From Octopus sinensis (lineage: Eukaryota): a stretch of DNA of 64,000 nt. The translations under genes were made by a program, and so were the position numbers. Under the pieces are notes generated by a model. The model did not search any database. It was not told the origin of the DNA and saw only the letters and a list, made by a program, of their open reading frames with translations. Shown piece after piece: positions 27,085-39,332 of this stretch. The stretch is from NCBI RefSeq assembly GCF_006345805.1, contig NW_021832004.1, forward strand, positions 1 through 64,000, given 5' to 3'. Positions within the stretch are counted from its first letter, which is position 1. Each line of letters begins with the position of its first letter.

Positions 27085-27235
27085 TTGGGTTCGTGCTGCA
27101 AATTCACTCACAAAGTTTTGGTTGGCCGACACTTATAATACAAGATGCTTACCCAAGGTACCACGCAGTGGGGCCGAGACAGGAATCAAAATCGAAACCA
27201 TGTGGTCGGGAAGCAAATCTCTTATCTCATAGCCA
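27085..27235 (-). mobile_element. SINE head fragment (second family)
   Basis: Reverse complement resembles 'cttcccgaccacatggtt...ctgcgtggtaccttgggtaagcatctt'. Confidence 0.6.
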
Positions 27236-27629
27236 TACTAAAAAAGGAATCCTCTTATAGCCATCACTGGAATGCCTTTCTTTGGAGTTAAACTGGAGTT
27301 TTGATAACACAGTGATAACATGTTCGTAAAGGTTTCCTAATTTTTCGTTTGACTGGCTAGAATTAGCTGCCAATTTCTTTTAATTCACACCAAAGCATCT
27401 TTAAAGAGAATATTAAAAGAGGAATGAGCAAGAGTCAGATACCGGAATGTCGCCGTTTAAAATTTGTCTTCATAGAGAATCTTGATAACCTTGTTATCAT
27501 TGTGGTTTCATTGCTCCGGTTCACCTCGACCGTCTACTTTATATAAAACCAATGAAAGGAGTCGATTTTTAGAGTAACATCGACATTGAGTAATTTCTCC
27601 TGGAGGCACAAGGGCTTAGATTTGTGGGG

Positions 27630-27810
27630 TGTGGGCTAGTCGATGACATGGACCTCAGTATTCATCTGATACTTAATTTATCGACCCGGAAGGGATGAAA
27701 GGTAAAGTCGACATCGGTGGAATTTGAACTCAGAACGTAGCGACGGAGTAAACACCGCTACGCTTTCCGTCCGGCGGGCTAACGATTTTGCCAGCTCACC
27801 GACTTATCGT
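27630..27810 (-). mobile_element. Monomeric SINE (array-type head)
   Basis: Reads 'gatgaaaggtaaagtcgac...gaatttgaactcagaacg...gctaacgattttgccagctc'. Confidence 0.7.
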
Positions 27811-27934
27811 TACTAAATAACAAGAGCTCCAATGCATCAGATCTGTTGTTTACCAAGTTCACGTTTCATGATTGTTAGAGAAATAATTGATGGAATTTGA
27901 TAAACAGGAGTGTTTACTAACAACGGAAGAAGAT

Positions 27935-28275
27935 ATAACAACAACAACAATAATGATAATAATAATAATATTAATAATAACAATAATAATGAGTAGTAGT
28001 AGTAGTAGTTGTTGTTGTTGTTGTTGTTGTTGTTGATGCTGCTGCTGTCATTTTGATCACCTTGTGTGAATGTGTGGGAGTTACAAAAAAAGAATAATAA
28101 TAATCTACCACCATTATCATCATCACTATCATCATGATGATCATCATCATCATCGTACCTATCTGAATCACCATCGTCTTCATAGTGATTGAGAAACCGC
28201 TGCTACTCTTACTACTACTATAACTACCACTACAACTAGTGATGATGATGGTGATGATGATGATGATGATGATGA
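27935..28275. repeat. Compound trinucleotide microsatellite (AAC/AAT/AGT/TTG/CAT/GAT)
   Basis: Seen directly in the sequence. Confidence 0.9.
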
Positions 28276-28729
28276 GGCCCTCCTCCCCACCAATGACGCA
28301 ATACAAATATCCTTCAGACCAATATAAAACAGACGGCGATGTCGAGAAAATATATTTTTACAATTTCCTCTCGGGCACTCGACACTCAACGGTTCGCTCT
28401 GCAGTTTCAATAACTTTCAACGTTTCAAAATGCTCAAACTATTTCGCAGGTTGTCCTCCATTTTTGGTAAGCTAAATATTCTTACATTTCTCTCCACGCA
28501 TTTCCAGTTTTCTTTTAAAATCAAACTCAATGGCAATTTTAATGTGTTCCATAATAATATTTAGTGATTGTGTATAAATACGATGTTTTCTCTATAAAAT
28601 GATTCTGTAGAAAACTAGCGCTACACGAAGAAATTTCACAAATATTTCCAAAATGATAAAATTGTTGGAATCCTGTAAGAAAACTGCAAAAATATGAAAT
28701 TTCTTTGGAAATTATTTGTTCTTTTATCT

Positions 28730-28800
28730 TTTACTTGTTCCATTCATTAGAGTGTGGCCATGCTGGGGCATCGCCTTGAAGAATGAACTGATCGCAGTAT
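28730..28800 (-). mobile_element. SINE tail fragment (second family)
   Basis: Reads 'tggccatgctggggcatcgccttgaagaat'. Confidence 0.5.
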
Positions 28801-29384
28801 TTATCGTTTTTCAAGCTCAATACTTATAAATTCGGTCTCTAAACACACCAACATTGGTTGTCACACGGTGTTGAGGGGGGCGCACGCACATGCACACGCG
28901 CGCACCCCCACTCGCACACAACCATACACACACGCGCACACACATACACACACGTCTAAAGTAATTAATAGCAACAGAAGCTGTCTAACTACCAAAAGGT
29001 AATATTTGTCTCCCACCTTAAAGTAGATGTTGTGTTAGAACACAGGATACTGAGTAACATTCCATGAGAGAACCTCTCGTAAGAGAGAGATTTATCTAAA
29101 TTAACCCCAGTTTTATTGTCATTCAACGTAAATGAAGGGGGAAATGTGACTTTAGTATTTGAAGCAAAAGGGGAAAATCGAAGCAATGCCGTCTGAGAAC
29201 AATGAGCGCGTGTCGGATTGATTATGCGCCTCATAATTCACTGGATGGATGGTTGATAATATGATAATATCTAGTCCTGAAAAAGCGAGATATAATACGT
29301 GAACATCATCATTTGGCAGTGTGTGTGATTGTTAATTTCATATACCAAGACCAAACCTGTTTATTTGCATCACTGTCTCTCTCA

Positions 29385-29433
29385 CTGTATTATGTATGTA
29401 TGTGTGCATGTGTGTATGTTATGCGTGTATGTA

Positions 29434-29478
<45 letters not shown>

Positions 29479-29519
29479 CATACATATAGATAGATAGATA
29501 GATAGATAGATAGACAGAC

Positions 29520-29583
<64 letters not shown>

Positions 29584-29808
29584 GATAGATAGATTGATAG
29601 ATATATGTATATATATGATAGAAATATTAAAATTACTAAGTCTCTATAAAAGAGATTATGGCAGCGTTTACTGGAAATTAATTGTTATCAATTAATTAAC
29701 TGTTGGCAGCGATTATTCTTATATCTATAAGAATGCCATATTAATATGGCGATAACAATTAATTTGTATATATATGTTTATATATATATATATATATATA
29801 TAATATAT

Positions 29809-29840
<32 letters not shown>
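29385..29840. repeat. (TA)n/(TAGA)n microsatellites
   Basis: Seen directly in the sequence. Confidence 0.9.
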
Positions 29841-29964
29841 CCGGAAAAAGCACATAAATGTGAAACAAGGTGGAAAAAAGTACTAACATACATACAGAGG
29901 TAGAGTAATATGTTTTATTTAAAGCATATTATATATACATATATATATATATATATTTATATAT

Positions 29965-31813
29965 GAGAGAAAAATTAAGGAGATTAACGACTCGAATAAG
30001 ATCTTCGTTAATTCTGACAAGACAAGAAACTTATATGCACTTGATAAGGACGTTTATAAACGCCTGATTTCGAATAGTGTCACGGACACATACAAAAAAG
30101 ACAACACGAATATATACAAAGAGGTGAACTTAGAAGCAAGAGGAATAGCTAACGATCTTAAGATTAGCGATAGGATTGAATACCTTTCACCACGACCAGC
30201 TTTTATTACTCTGAAAGACCATAAAGACAATTTTAGTAGAAACCCCAATGTAGATTGATAAATCCGGCTAAAACTGAGATAGGAATTATTAGCAAAAATA
30301 TTTTGGACCGTATTTTAGTTAAGTTAGATAGTGAAGTAGACTTGAGAATTTGGAAGAATAGTAAGTCAGTTATAGAGTGGTTTAAAGGTATTAGCTATAA
30401 GAATAATTGTAGTTTCACACAATTCGACATTATTGACTTTTACCCGTCGATATCTAGGACGTTGCTCCTAAGGGCATTGGACTTCGCCAAGCAGTATGTC
30501 AACATCGATAGCTCGGAAATTGAAATTATTATGCATGCGAGGAAATCGCTTCTGTTTTTCGAGGATTCCACCTGGATTAAGAAGACTGAGGATTCTCTTT
30601 TCGATGTACCGATGGGGGCATACGACGGGGCTGAATTATGTATGCTCATAGGAGCCTTTATTCTCCATAATCTAAAAATAGAATTCCCATTTATAGATGC
30701 AGGTCTATATAGGGATGACGGCCTTATAGCCACGCATAATCTAAACGGCCATGAATCAGATAGACTTAGGAAGGACCTTATAGCTTTCTTTCAAAGGATG
30801 GGCTTACGGATTACGATAGATACTAACCTGAATAGTGTAGATTTTTTAGACGTAAATTTTAATGTAAGATCGGATAGATTTAAACCTTTCCGTAAGCCCA
30901 ATGAAAAGCTATCGTATATTAGCAAAGATTCGAACCATCCACCAGTTATCCTTAGCAACTTAGTCAGCAATGTAGGTAGAAGAATATCTTCAATTTCTTC
31001 GGACGAGGCAGCATTCCATAATGCTGCACCTTATTACGATAGCGCATTAAAGAATAGTGGATTCCCGGAGAAGATCCAGTTCAACCAGCTTAATGCTAAT
31101 AATAATGCTGCACGAAGAACTAGGACCAGGAAAGTTTTGTGGTTCAACCCGGCTTTCAATTTGGCCGTAAAGACTAATATAGGTAAGGAATTTTTGAGAT
31201 TAGTCTCTAAGCATTTTAAGCAGGGTCATAAATTCTACAGAATATTTAATAGAAGAACCCTGAAGGTTAGCTATTCTTGTTGCAGAAATTTCGCCTCTTA
31301 CATTAGCCAACATAATAGGAAGCTAATTGAGATTAGAAATGGTGCCGAGCCCATTAAGAAATGTAATTGTAAAAACGAAAGCTCCTGTCCGTTAGAAGGG
31401 AAATGTCTAGTGAAAGGAGTAGTTTATAGAGCCAAGGTGCAAGTGGAAGGCTCATCGGAATACAAGACATACACAGGGGCTTCAGAAAATTCATTTAAAA
31501 CAAGATTTTATTCTCATAAGAATTCTTTTAAATACCCAGAGAATAGGAAGAAAACCAGCCTAGCAAAATATGTCTGGGAACTAAAAGAAAGGAAGCCCCA
31601 CCTTTCAACGTGACATGGAGCATTCTGGACAGGGCGGCACCATACAGGCATGGAGCTTACAAATATAATTTCAAGTGCAAGCTTTGCTTATTAGAAAAAA
31701 TGCACATATTATTCAAAGACAATAATTCTTTGAATCAAAGAAGTGAGTTAATGAACTTATGTAGGCACGCGGCTAAATTTAAAATGTCGAATATAAATAT
31801 ACCATATGGATAG
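29965..31813 (+). mobile_element. Penelope-like element (RT plus C-terminal GIY-YIG endonuclease), 5'-truncated, two single-base frameshifts
   Basis: Motifs FITLKDHKDNF/RLINPAK, QFDIIDFYPSI, MGAYDGAELC, YRDDG, the Cys linker CNC-x5-CPLEGKC, VVY...YTG and CKLCLLEK...LNQRSEL..CRH. Frameshifts near 30,248 and 31,605. Confidence 0.9.
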
Positions 31814-32624
31814 AGTATATATTTTGTATTTTGATTTTTGATTTTTGATTTTGACTCTTAAGCGCTACGACGGATCTATAGCAAAGTCTTATTGTTTCTA
31901 CATATATATTAGGAAAAACCTACAAACTTTGTTTTCATGTTATTGTATTGCATAGGATTACCTTGATTATTTATATTACCTTGATTATTTATAAATGACC
32001 CAAAATAGGATGTTATATTTTATTTTATATGTCTTTCGTATATATTTTTATTAATGCACCCATTTTTTAAAAGCAATGTTTTTTTTAAAAAAAGCAATGT
32101 TGTCAATTTAGAATGTTTATAAAGTTTGTGTATAGCAAAGCATATGTATTTGTAAGCATGCGTATCTGTGTATGTGTAAGTGAAAGTATGCTTGTGCTTA
32201 AGCACGCATACACACGACGGTATGTATATGTATCAATTCAAACTTGTGTATGTATACTGGCCTCTATAGATGCCAATAACATCGCTACAAGTTCCCCCCC
32301 ACCCCTCTTTAGTTCCTTTTTTCTCTCTTTCCCTTTCTTTCGTTCCCCCTCCTTGCTCAGTATATGAGAATTGCTACATAGATGAATTTTAGCTTGCGTG
32401 CGAGACGGTTTGCGTGAATATATGTACACATGCTTTTATGTGTATAATTTAGATTCATATTCATACGTCTGTATATGTATGTATGGCGTTTACGCGCATC
32501 CTTTTGTGTATGTTGATATATATATGTGGATTTTAATATAAATATGTATTGCAGTATTTATAACAGGTTTAATTTCTATGCATTAATTTGTACTGTCTTC
32601 ATTAACGGCAATAGGTTTTTCCTC

Positions 32625-32655
<31 letters not shown>

Positions 32656-32846
32656 CTCGGATTTTATAATTTTTATAATTTTTATAAGTTTTTTTATATA
32701 TATATATACATATATTTTTGACCTTTTTGTTTATCGCTCGAAGATTGACCGTTTTTTCTAAAGGGCCAATCAAACAAGTCCATTTCTTTTTAAGGTGTAG
32801 CGTTTGTAAGAGTATAGATTGAATTAATATATATGTTCCATTCTAG

Positions 32847-32897
32847 CAAAAACTGTCTGATGAACGGCAACGAGAAACTCAGAGTAACAGATTTTGT
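32847..32897 (+). ncRNA. Minimal type-I hammerhead ribozyme motif, copy 1
   Basis: CTGT-CTGATGA-A-CG(GCAA)CG-A-GAA-ACTC(A)GAGT-A-ACAG. The core is conserved, stem III is palindromic, the cleavage triplet is GUA at 32,884-32,886, and stem I extends. The stem II closing pair is non-canonical (A/A). Confidence 0.65.
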
Positions 32898-33081
32898 TGA
32901 ATTTTCTGCTGCTTAAAATAAAGTATATATATTTATATATATATACATATATTTTTGACCTTTTTGTTTATCGCTCGAAGATTGACCGTTTTTTCTAAAG
33001 GCCAATCAAACAAGTCCATTTCTTTTTAAAGGTGTAGCGTTTGTAAGAGTATAGATTGAATTAATATATATTCCATTCTAG

Positions 33082-33131
33082 CAAAAACTGTCTGATGAAC
33101 GGCAACGAGAAACTCAGAGTACAGATTTTGT
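33082..33131 (+). ncRNA. Hammerhead motif copy 2, missing one A at the cleavage site/stem I
   Basis: CTGATGA at 33,092; reads 'gagtacag' instead of 'gagtaacag'. Confidence 0.5.
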
Positions 33132-33166
33132 TGAATTTTCTGCTGCTTAAAATAAAGTATATATAT

Positions 33167-33203
<37 letters not shown>

Positions 33204-33222
33204 TATATTTATTTATATATAA

Positions 33223-33254
<32 letters not shown>

Positions 33255-33663
33255 ATTATGTATGTTATCAATGTATTATGTGTATATATACATATATATA
33301 TATGTTTTGTATGTATGTAATGTATGTATGTATTTAAGTATGTATTTATGTATGTTACGTACGTTATATCAGGTCGCTCCTGAGTTCTACTGGTATCATG
33401 TCATCCAGTACAACCTGTCGCATGGTGGGGCCGTCGGCGACTAAACTGGCAACCCCACCAGGCGTGCTTGGTGTGGAGGGTGTTGGACATCATGCTAGAT
33501 AAAAAAAAGACCCGTCAAATGTTGAAGGAACTCGTGAACAGTCATTTCTTTATTCACCATATAAGGTTAAGAAAAAGAGGAGACGATAGGAGGAGACAAA
33601 ACAATATTTGGGGTCAGGGGATCGAATGGAACGAAACGTATGAATAGAAATTTAAATATATAC

Positions 33664-34035
33664 GAGTGGCTGTGTGGTAAGTAGCTTGCTTACCAATTAC
33701 ATGGTTCCGGATTCAGTCCCACCGCATGGCACCTTGGGCAAGTGTCTTCTACTATAGCCTCGGGCCGACCAAAGCCTTGTGAGTGGATTTGGTAGACGGA
33801 ATCTGAAAGAAGCCCGTCGTATATATTATATATCTATGTGTGTGCGTGTGTGTTGTGTGTCTGTGTTTGTCCCCCTAGCATTGCTTGACAACCGATGCTG
33901 GTTGTGTTTATGTCCCCGTCACTTAGCGGTTCGGCGAAAGAGACCGGGCTTACAAAGAATAAATCTCGGGGTCGAGTTGTTCGACTAAAGGTGGTGCTCC
34001 AGCATGGCTGCAGTCAAATGACTGAAACAAGTAAA
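33664..34035 (+). mobile_element. Near full-length tRNA-derived SINE (second family)
   Basis: Head 'gagtggctgtgtggtaagtagcttgcttacc...ggattcagtccc', an internal (TG)n tract, and the tail 'ggtgctccagcatggctgcagtcaaatgactgaaacaagtaaaagag'. Confidence 0.85.
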
Positions 34036-34049
34036 AGAGTAATTAAATG

Positions 34050-35745
34050 AGAATGAATGATTAACAAAAAATGAAGCGGAGGATGCGGTCGACACCCTCA
34101 CCCTGAAGACTTTGTTTTTCCCTTTTTTTGTCCTCGCTTAAGCAGGATCTTTCACTCGCAACATACTTGCTACTGACTTTCATCTCTTACGCGACACACT
34201 TTGCAACAGGCATTTCTTTTCCAGCCTTATTTTCCTTTCCTTGTGGAAATGGAAGCAGTTGACTAAGCCTAAGCTTGAGACGAAAATGTCTGTCGCAATT
34301 CCTTTCACTCTCGTCTTCCATACTACCTCTTTCACAACAGCAACTACCGAGAGAAAACAAGCTCGCTCCTCCCTATTCAGGGAGGGCAGCGGAATGATCT
34401 TAATTACAGATTCGTTCGACAGTTGTACTCTTCTCGAATACGACAGTAGGTGTTCGACATAAGCCCAGAGCTCAGTCACCTTGGGGCATTGCACAATCGC
34501 GTGCAGGTCAGTTTCACTGTCCTGCTCGCATCTTGCATAAACCGGCGAAGGCGCACACCCGTGTTTAAAGAGCTTATTTCGAACCGGTAAAGCTCCTCTT
34601 TAACATTTCCAAGCCAGAGACTTTTAGTAATTATCCATAGGTCCTGGCCCGAAGGCTCTTCGGAATAGTTTGGCGAGTCGGTCTTCGTCGAAGCCTAGGA
34701 TTCCCAGGACGTCGTCACACTTGAACTCTACTAACCCTCAATAAGAAAGACGAGGTAGTACCCCTGCTTCCGGCGTTGTCCGATTGGGAGAGAAACACGA
34801 GTGCCTGATGGCACTCTGCTTGCCACGCACCCAACCTCGTTCTACGCTTGATCCATGGGTCCAGTTCAGTAAAAGATGTGAACTATGGAAATACCAGCTT
34901 GACGAACGGAAGCTACACTTGCTCACCGTCCAGGAAAAACCAGGGGTGCCTAAGCTTCAGCGCATGTCTGCGCATTTTTAGCAACGGCATCCCGAGCCTA
35001 CCCTTCAGCGGCTTTTGACAGCAGATTGAGTGCCTTACAAGAGATCTGCTGCCCCTTCACAAGAAGCGGAAGAGCATGTGTTCCATCTTGTTTAACCACG
35101 AATCGGGACATGGCACGACGGTCAGGTGGTAAGTGATTACAGAGGTAATAAACACCTCTGCAACCCTCGCCCTCCCTTTCAAGGACAGCCTCCGCTCAGA
35201 CCAGTCTGAATTAGGAGAGCCACCTGCTCGCACCTCGCTCCAATTTTTCTCTATCTGGAGATCTGGACCAAACCAGACTCCAAGCTTTTTCACCGGCCCC
35301 TCTGTTCAACGTCCCACGACGCTGTCGGAAAGCATCGACTTGCCCCTTCAGGTGCCGATTTGCAAGCCGAACGATTTATCCGGTTAAGTTTCGCCGCTGC
35401 CACCGCTTCGTAATCTCTTAAGCCTCACCTATCTGCTGTAGATGCTCGATCCGAGATACGATGACAGTGGTGTCGTCCGCGTATGCCAAAGTTGACTTTC
35501 TACACCCTAGATCTTGCAGAGCCTCTAACTTCCTCAGCAATGGCTCGAGGGCCAAGACATAGAGAAGCGGAGAGAGAGAGCACCATTGATGTATCGATCG
35601 TTCAATGCAGAGCGGCTCCGAAAAGAAACCGTTTACCCGAACTACCGATTCGATGTCGCTGTATAAAGCGGTGATCTATCCAAGGGAGGTCGGGCCGAAG
35701 CCAGCCACCGCGAGGACCGCCACCAGATATTAATGGTCTACCCTA
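34050..35745 (-). mobile_element. Decayed 5'-truncated Tx1-clade LINE 'Tx1-D'
   Basis: Motifs LGVWFGPDLQIEKNW, RLSLKGRA and WAYVEHLLS...VVWKTRVKG. Confidence 0.85.
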
Positions 35746-35764
35746 TTGAACGCTTTGGATTGGT

Positions 35765-35785
35765 CTAATCTATCCATCTATCTAT

Positions 35786-35862
<77 letters not shown>

Positions 35863-35949
35863 CAACTATCTATCTATCTATCTATCTATCCATCTATCTA
35901 TCTATTTTTCTATCTATCTAACTCTCTATCTATCTAACTATTTATTTAT

Positions 35950-36021
<72 letters not shown>

Positions 36022-36030
36022 GTATCTATG

Positions 36031-36074
<44 letters not shown>

Positions 36075-36144
36075 ATCTATCTATCTATCTATCTATTTTT
36101 CTATCTATCTAACTCTCTATCTATCCAACTATCTATCCATCTAT
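35765..36144. repeat. (TCTA)n microsatellite between Tx1-D and Tx1-E
   Basis: Seen directly in the sequence. Confidence 0.97.
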
Positions 36145-39100
36145 GTACGCTAGACTTAGGTAAGACACTTAGGCAGGGTCCCGGATACTGGAAACTAAAC
36201 GCGTCTTTCCCATCGAGACAGGTTTTCAGAGACCGGATTAGCACACTAGTAAAGAGGGCTTTGACGGGAGCCATCATCAACAACAAATGGTGGTTTGCCC
36301 TCAAGAGAGCAGTAAAAGCAGAAGCGATTAGGTACAGCAACGCACTAGCCATAGATAGAAATAGAGTAGATGGTGAGCTAGTTAAGAAGCTAGAAGAGGC
36401 AATTAGAAGCGGCATCGCATCCGACGTTTTGGCGGCGAGGTTGGCCCTCGACCAACACTTCAACGCCAAACACGAAGGATGTGCTGTCAGAGCTAGGATG
36501 CGTGCTCTAAGGAACGAAGGTGTTGGAGCCGCGAGAGAGGCCCGGGTGGCAGAGGCGCAACAGGGCAACAAAGCCACCATTCGGTCCCTGGTAGATGAAC
36601 AGGGGCGCGAATTGCTCGAGCCAAGTAAAATGTGTGAGGCCTTTCAGCAGCATTTTACCCGACTGTTCGGAACGAGTGGAGGGCAAGAACGTAGGGTGGA
36701 CTTCAGTGCCTACCTACATAGCCTACCACGACTCTCGACAAGAAAGGCAGGGTGCTGCGAAGGTGCCATCACGACGGCGGAAGTGCAGGAAGCGATGGCA
36801 GAATGCTCGAGGGACAAATCACCGGGTTTGGATGGTCTACCCTACGAGCTTTACAATTGTATGCCAGACTTGTTTGGAAATCTCTTGGCGGCGGTGTACT
36901 GCAACTGGCAGCAAAACGGGAGCATTCCTGGTTTTGTGAGCCGAGGAGCCGTAACACTGCTGAAGAAAGATCTAAACAAGGGAAATGTAATAGATAACTT
37001 TAGGCCCATCACTCTGCTTAATGCAGACTTGAAAATTTTGGCCAAGGTGCTAGCCAAGAGGTTGGCGCTTGTCATCGAGAAACTGGTCGACAAGGCGCAA
37101 ACATGCGCCGTGCCAGGCCGGACCATCCATGACAACCTCCACCTGATGCGCTACATCATAAACAGGGTAGTTAACGAACCTGGCATGGGTGGGGCGCTGA
37201 TCAATTTGGATCAATCGAAAGCTTTCGATAGGGTAGACCATCGATACTTGGAGGCGGTCCTCGGAGCGGCTGGCTTCGGTCCCGTCTTCCGCGGCTGGAT
37301 AGCCGCCTTGTACAGAGGCATCCGTTCGGTAATTCGCGTGAATGGACATCTATCGAGACCCTTCGACATCGCACGTTCGGTCCGTCAGGGATGCCCCCTC
37401 TCGGCGCTTCTATACGTATTGACTCTCGAGCCATTATTGCGGAAGCTGGCAACCTTGAGAGGCATCCCGCGAGAACTGGGATGCGGGACGAGCGTGTCTG
37501 CATACGCGGACGACGTCACCGTCATAGTGTCTAGCCACGAGCACATCGAGCAGGTCGGCGAGACACTGAAAAACTACGAAGCGGTGACAGGAGCGAAAAT
37601 CAACCGGGAAAAGTCAGTGGGCTTGCGACTAGGCACCTGGAGAAGCAAGCCCATGCCGTCCACCAGCGCCTCCGTCGTGGGACGCTGGACCGACGGCCCG
37701 GTTGAGTTGCTCGGGGTCTGGTTTGGTCCGGACCTCCAAGTGGAGAAGAACTGGAACAAGATAACGAGTAGGGTGGTCACTCTCGCCCGGCAATGGGCCG
37801 AGAGGAAACTGTCCCTAAAAGGTCGGGCGGAGGTGGCGAACACGTACATCGCGTCCGTCATCTACTACCGCCTGACCGTCGTACCTTGTCCCGACCCTAC
37901 CATCACCAAACTACAACGCATTCTCTTTCGCTTCTTGTGGAAAGGATGCGTCCCGATGGTCAGGCGATCCATTTGCTGTCAACACCCGTTAAAAGGAGGG
38001 CTGGGCATGCCGTGGTTGATGATGCGCAGACACGCGCTGAGACTGCGACATCTCTGGCTCTATGTAGACGACGGTGAACAGGTGTGGTCGCTGTTTGTGA
38101 GGCACGCTTTCCCGCAGCTCGTCTCCATGACCGAACTGCAGTCGTGGATCAAAAAGAGGCCGAGGAAGGGCGAATGGCACCGCGAGTGTCGCGTTGCTCT
38201 CAAGCAACTCTGCCGTCCTGGGTCGACCTTGAGTGACTTCAACACAACCAAAGCATTCTATAGGGGTTTAATGGAGGTACGACGACGAGCTCGGGGCGAA
38301 CCTGGACGTCGACGAGGAGTACCTGACCCGCCTGTTCAGGACGACTTTCGGGCCAGGGCCCATGGACAACTTCCAGAGATCCCTGGCCTGGCAGTGCTAC
38401 CGAGAAGCGCTACCCGTTCGGGATAAGCTCTACAGACACGGCTCGAGAAACACGGGGCCGACCTGCCCGAGATGCGGTCAGAGCGACGAAACCGTTCTGC
38501 ACGCACTCGTGCAGTGTCCAACAATTTCCGACCTGTGGGCTTATGTCGAACAACTGCTGTCACGTGTGGGACGAGTCGGTTTACCAGCTGAGTCTATCGT
38601 CAATATTGTCACGCCTCCTTCCTTCAAACGGGAAGGAAGAGCTATTTTCATCATCCTTGTGGCTATGGCGAAAGAATGTATCTGGTGGACGCGTCTGAAA
38701 GGATTGGAGACAAACACTTTCCTCTCTGGTCAATCTCTCATCAACTTCTTCAAGTACCACTTGAAAAGGAAAGTGAGAGTAGAGAGGCAAGTTTTGTCTA
38801 GCGAATGTTTTAAAAAAAGATGGGTGAATGTAGCAAGAATGGCACGTATGAATGACGAAGCCACCTTGAGCATGATCCTATGAACCCAGAAATTGAAAAC
38901 AGAGAGTTGCTTATTCGCAAAAAAAAAAAAAAAAAAAGAAATATAACATGTGACTCCATTGACCGAGGTTACCGTGGTCTTTTCTGTAGGCTTTTCTTTC
39001 CACGGGTAAACCTCACCTGTCCTCCCCTTTACACTTCATATTGACATTACTGTGATAACGATCCCTATTGATAAATTTTTTATTTTTTTTGCTCTCCCCC

Positions 39101-39256
39101 TTTTTTTAACCCCCCTTTTTTGTCCTCTTTCTCTCCTTTTACGATCCCTTTTGATCGAAACTCCCCCTTCCTTTTTTTTTTTAAACCTTCAAAAGAAAAG
39201 CTCTACCTTGTAATTTGTTCTATCTGTGTGCAGCCCTGTGTGGCTAATAAAGAAAC
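36145..39256 (+). mobile_element. Young 5'-truncated Tx1-clade LINE 'Tx1-E' inside a (TATC)n tract
   Basis: The 721-aa ORF (36,261-38,426) and the 173-aa ORF (38,362-38,883) join with one frameshift near 38,275. RT motifs RQGCPLS and YADD, and CPRC...HA..QC. Ends 'cagccctgtgtggctaataaagaaac'. Confidence 0.92.
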
Positions 39257-39275
39257 ATATCTATCTATCTATCTA

Positions 39276-39332
<57 letters not shown>

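Larger units (their letters stand above)
32700..33165 (+). repeat. Two tandem ~235-bp repeats, probably Penelope pseudo-LTR or retrozyme units
   Basis: 32,705-32,940 is nearly identical to 32,940-33,165. Confidence 0.85.

Noticed and set aside
33372-33460. HDV-like ribozyme or RTE 5' end (ccagt...ctaa-actgg, ggtgggg/ccccacc)
   Set aside because: P2 and a CTAA joiner fit, but L3/P1.1 and the P2-P3 spacing do not, and an alternative simple hairpin explains the pairing. An RNArobo search would settle it.
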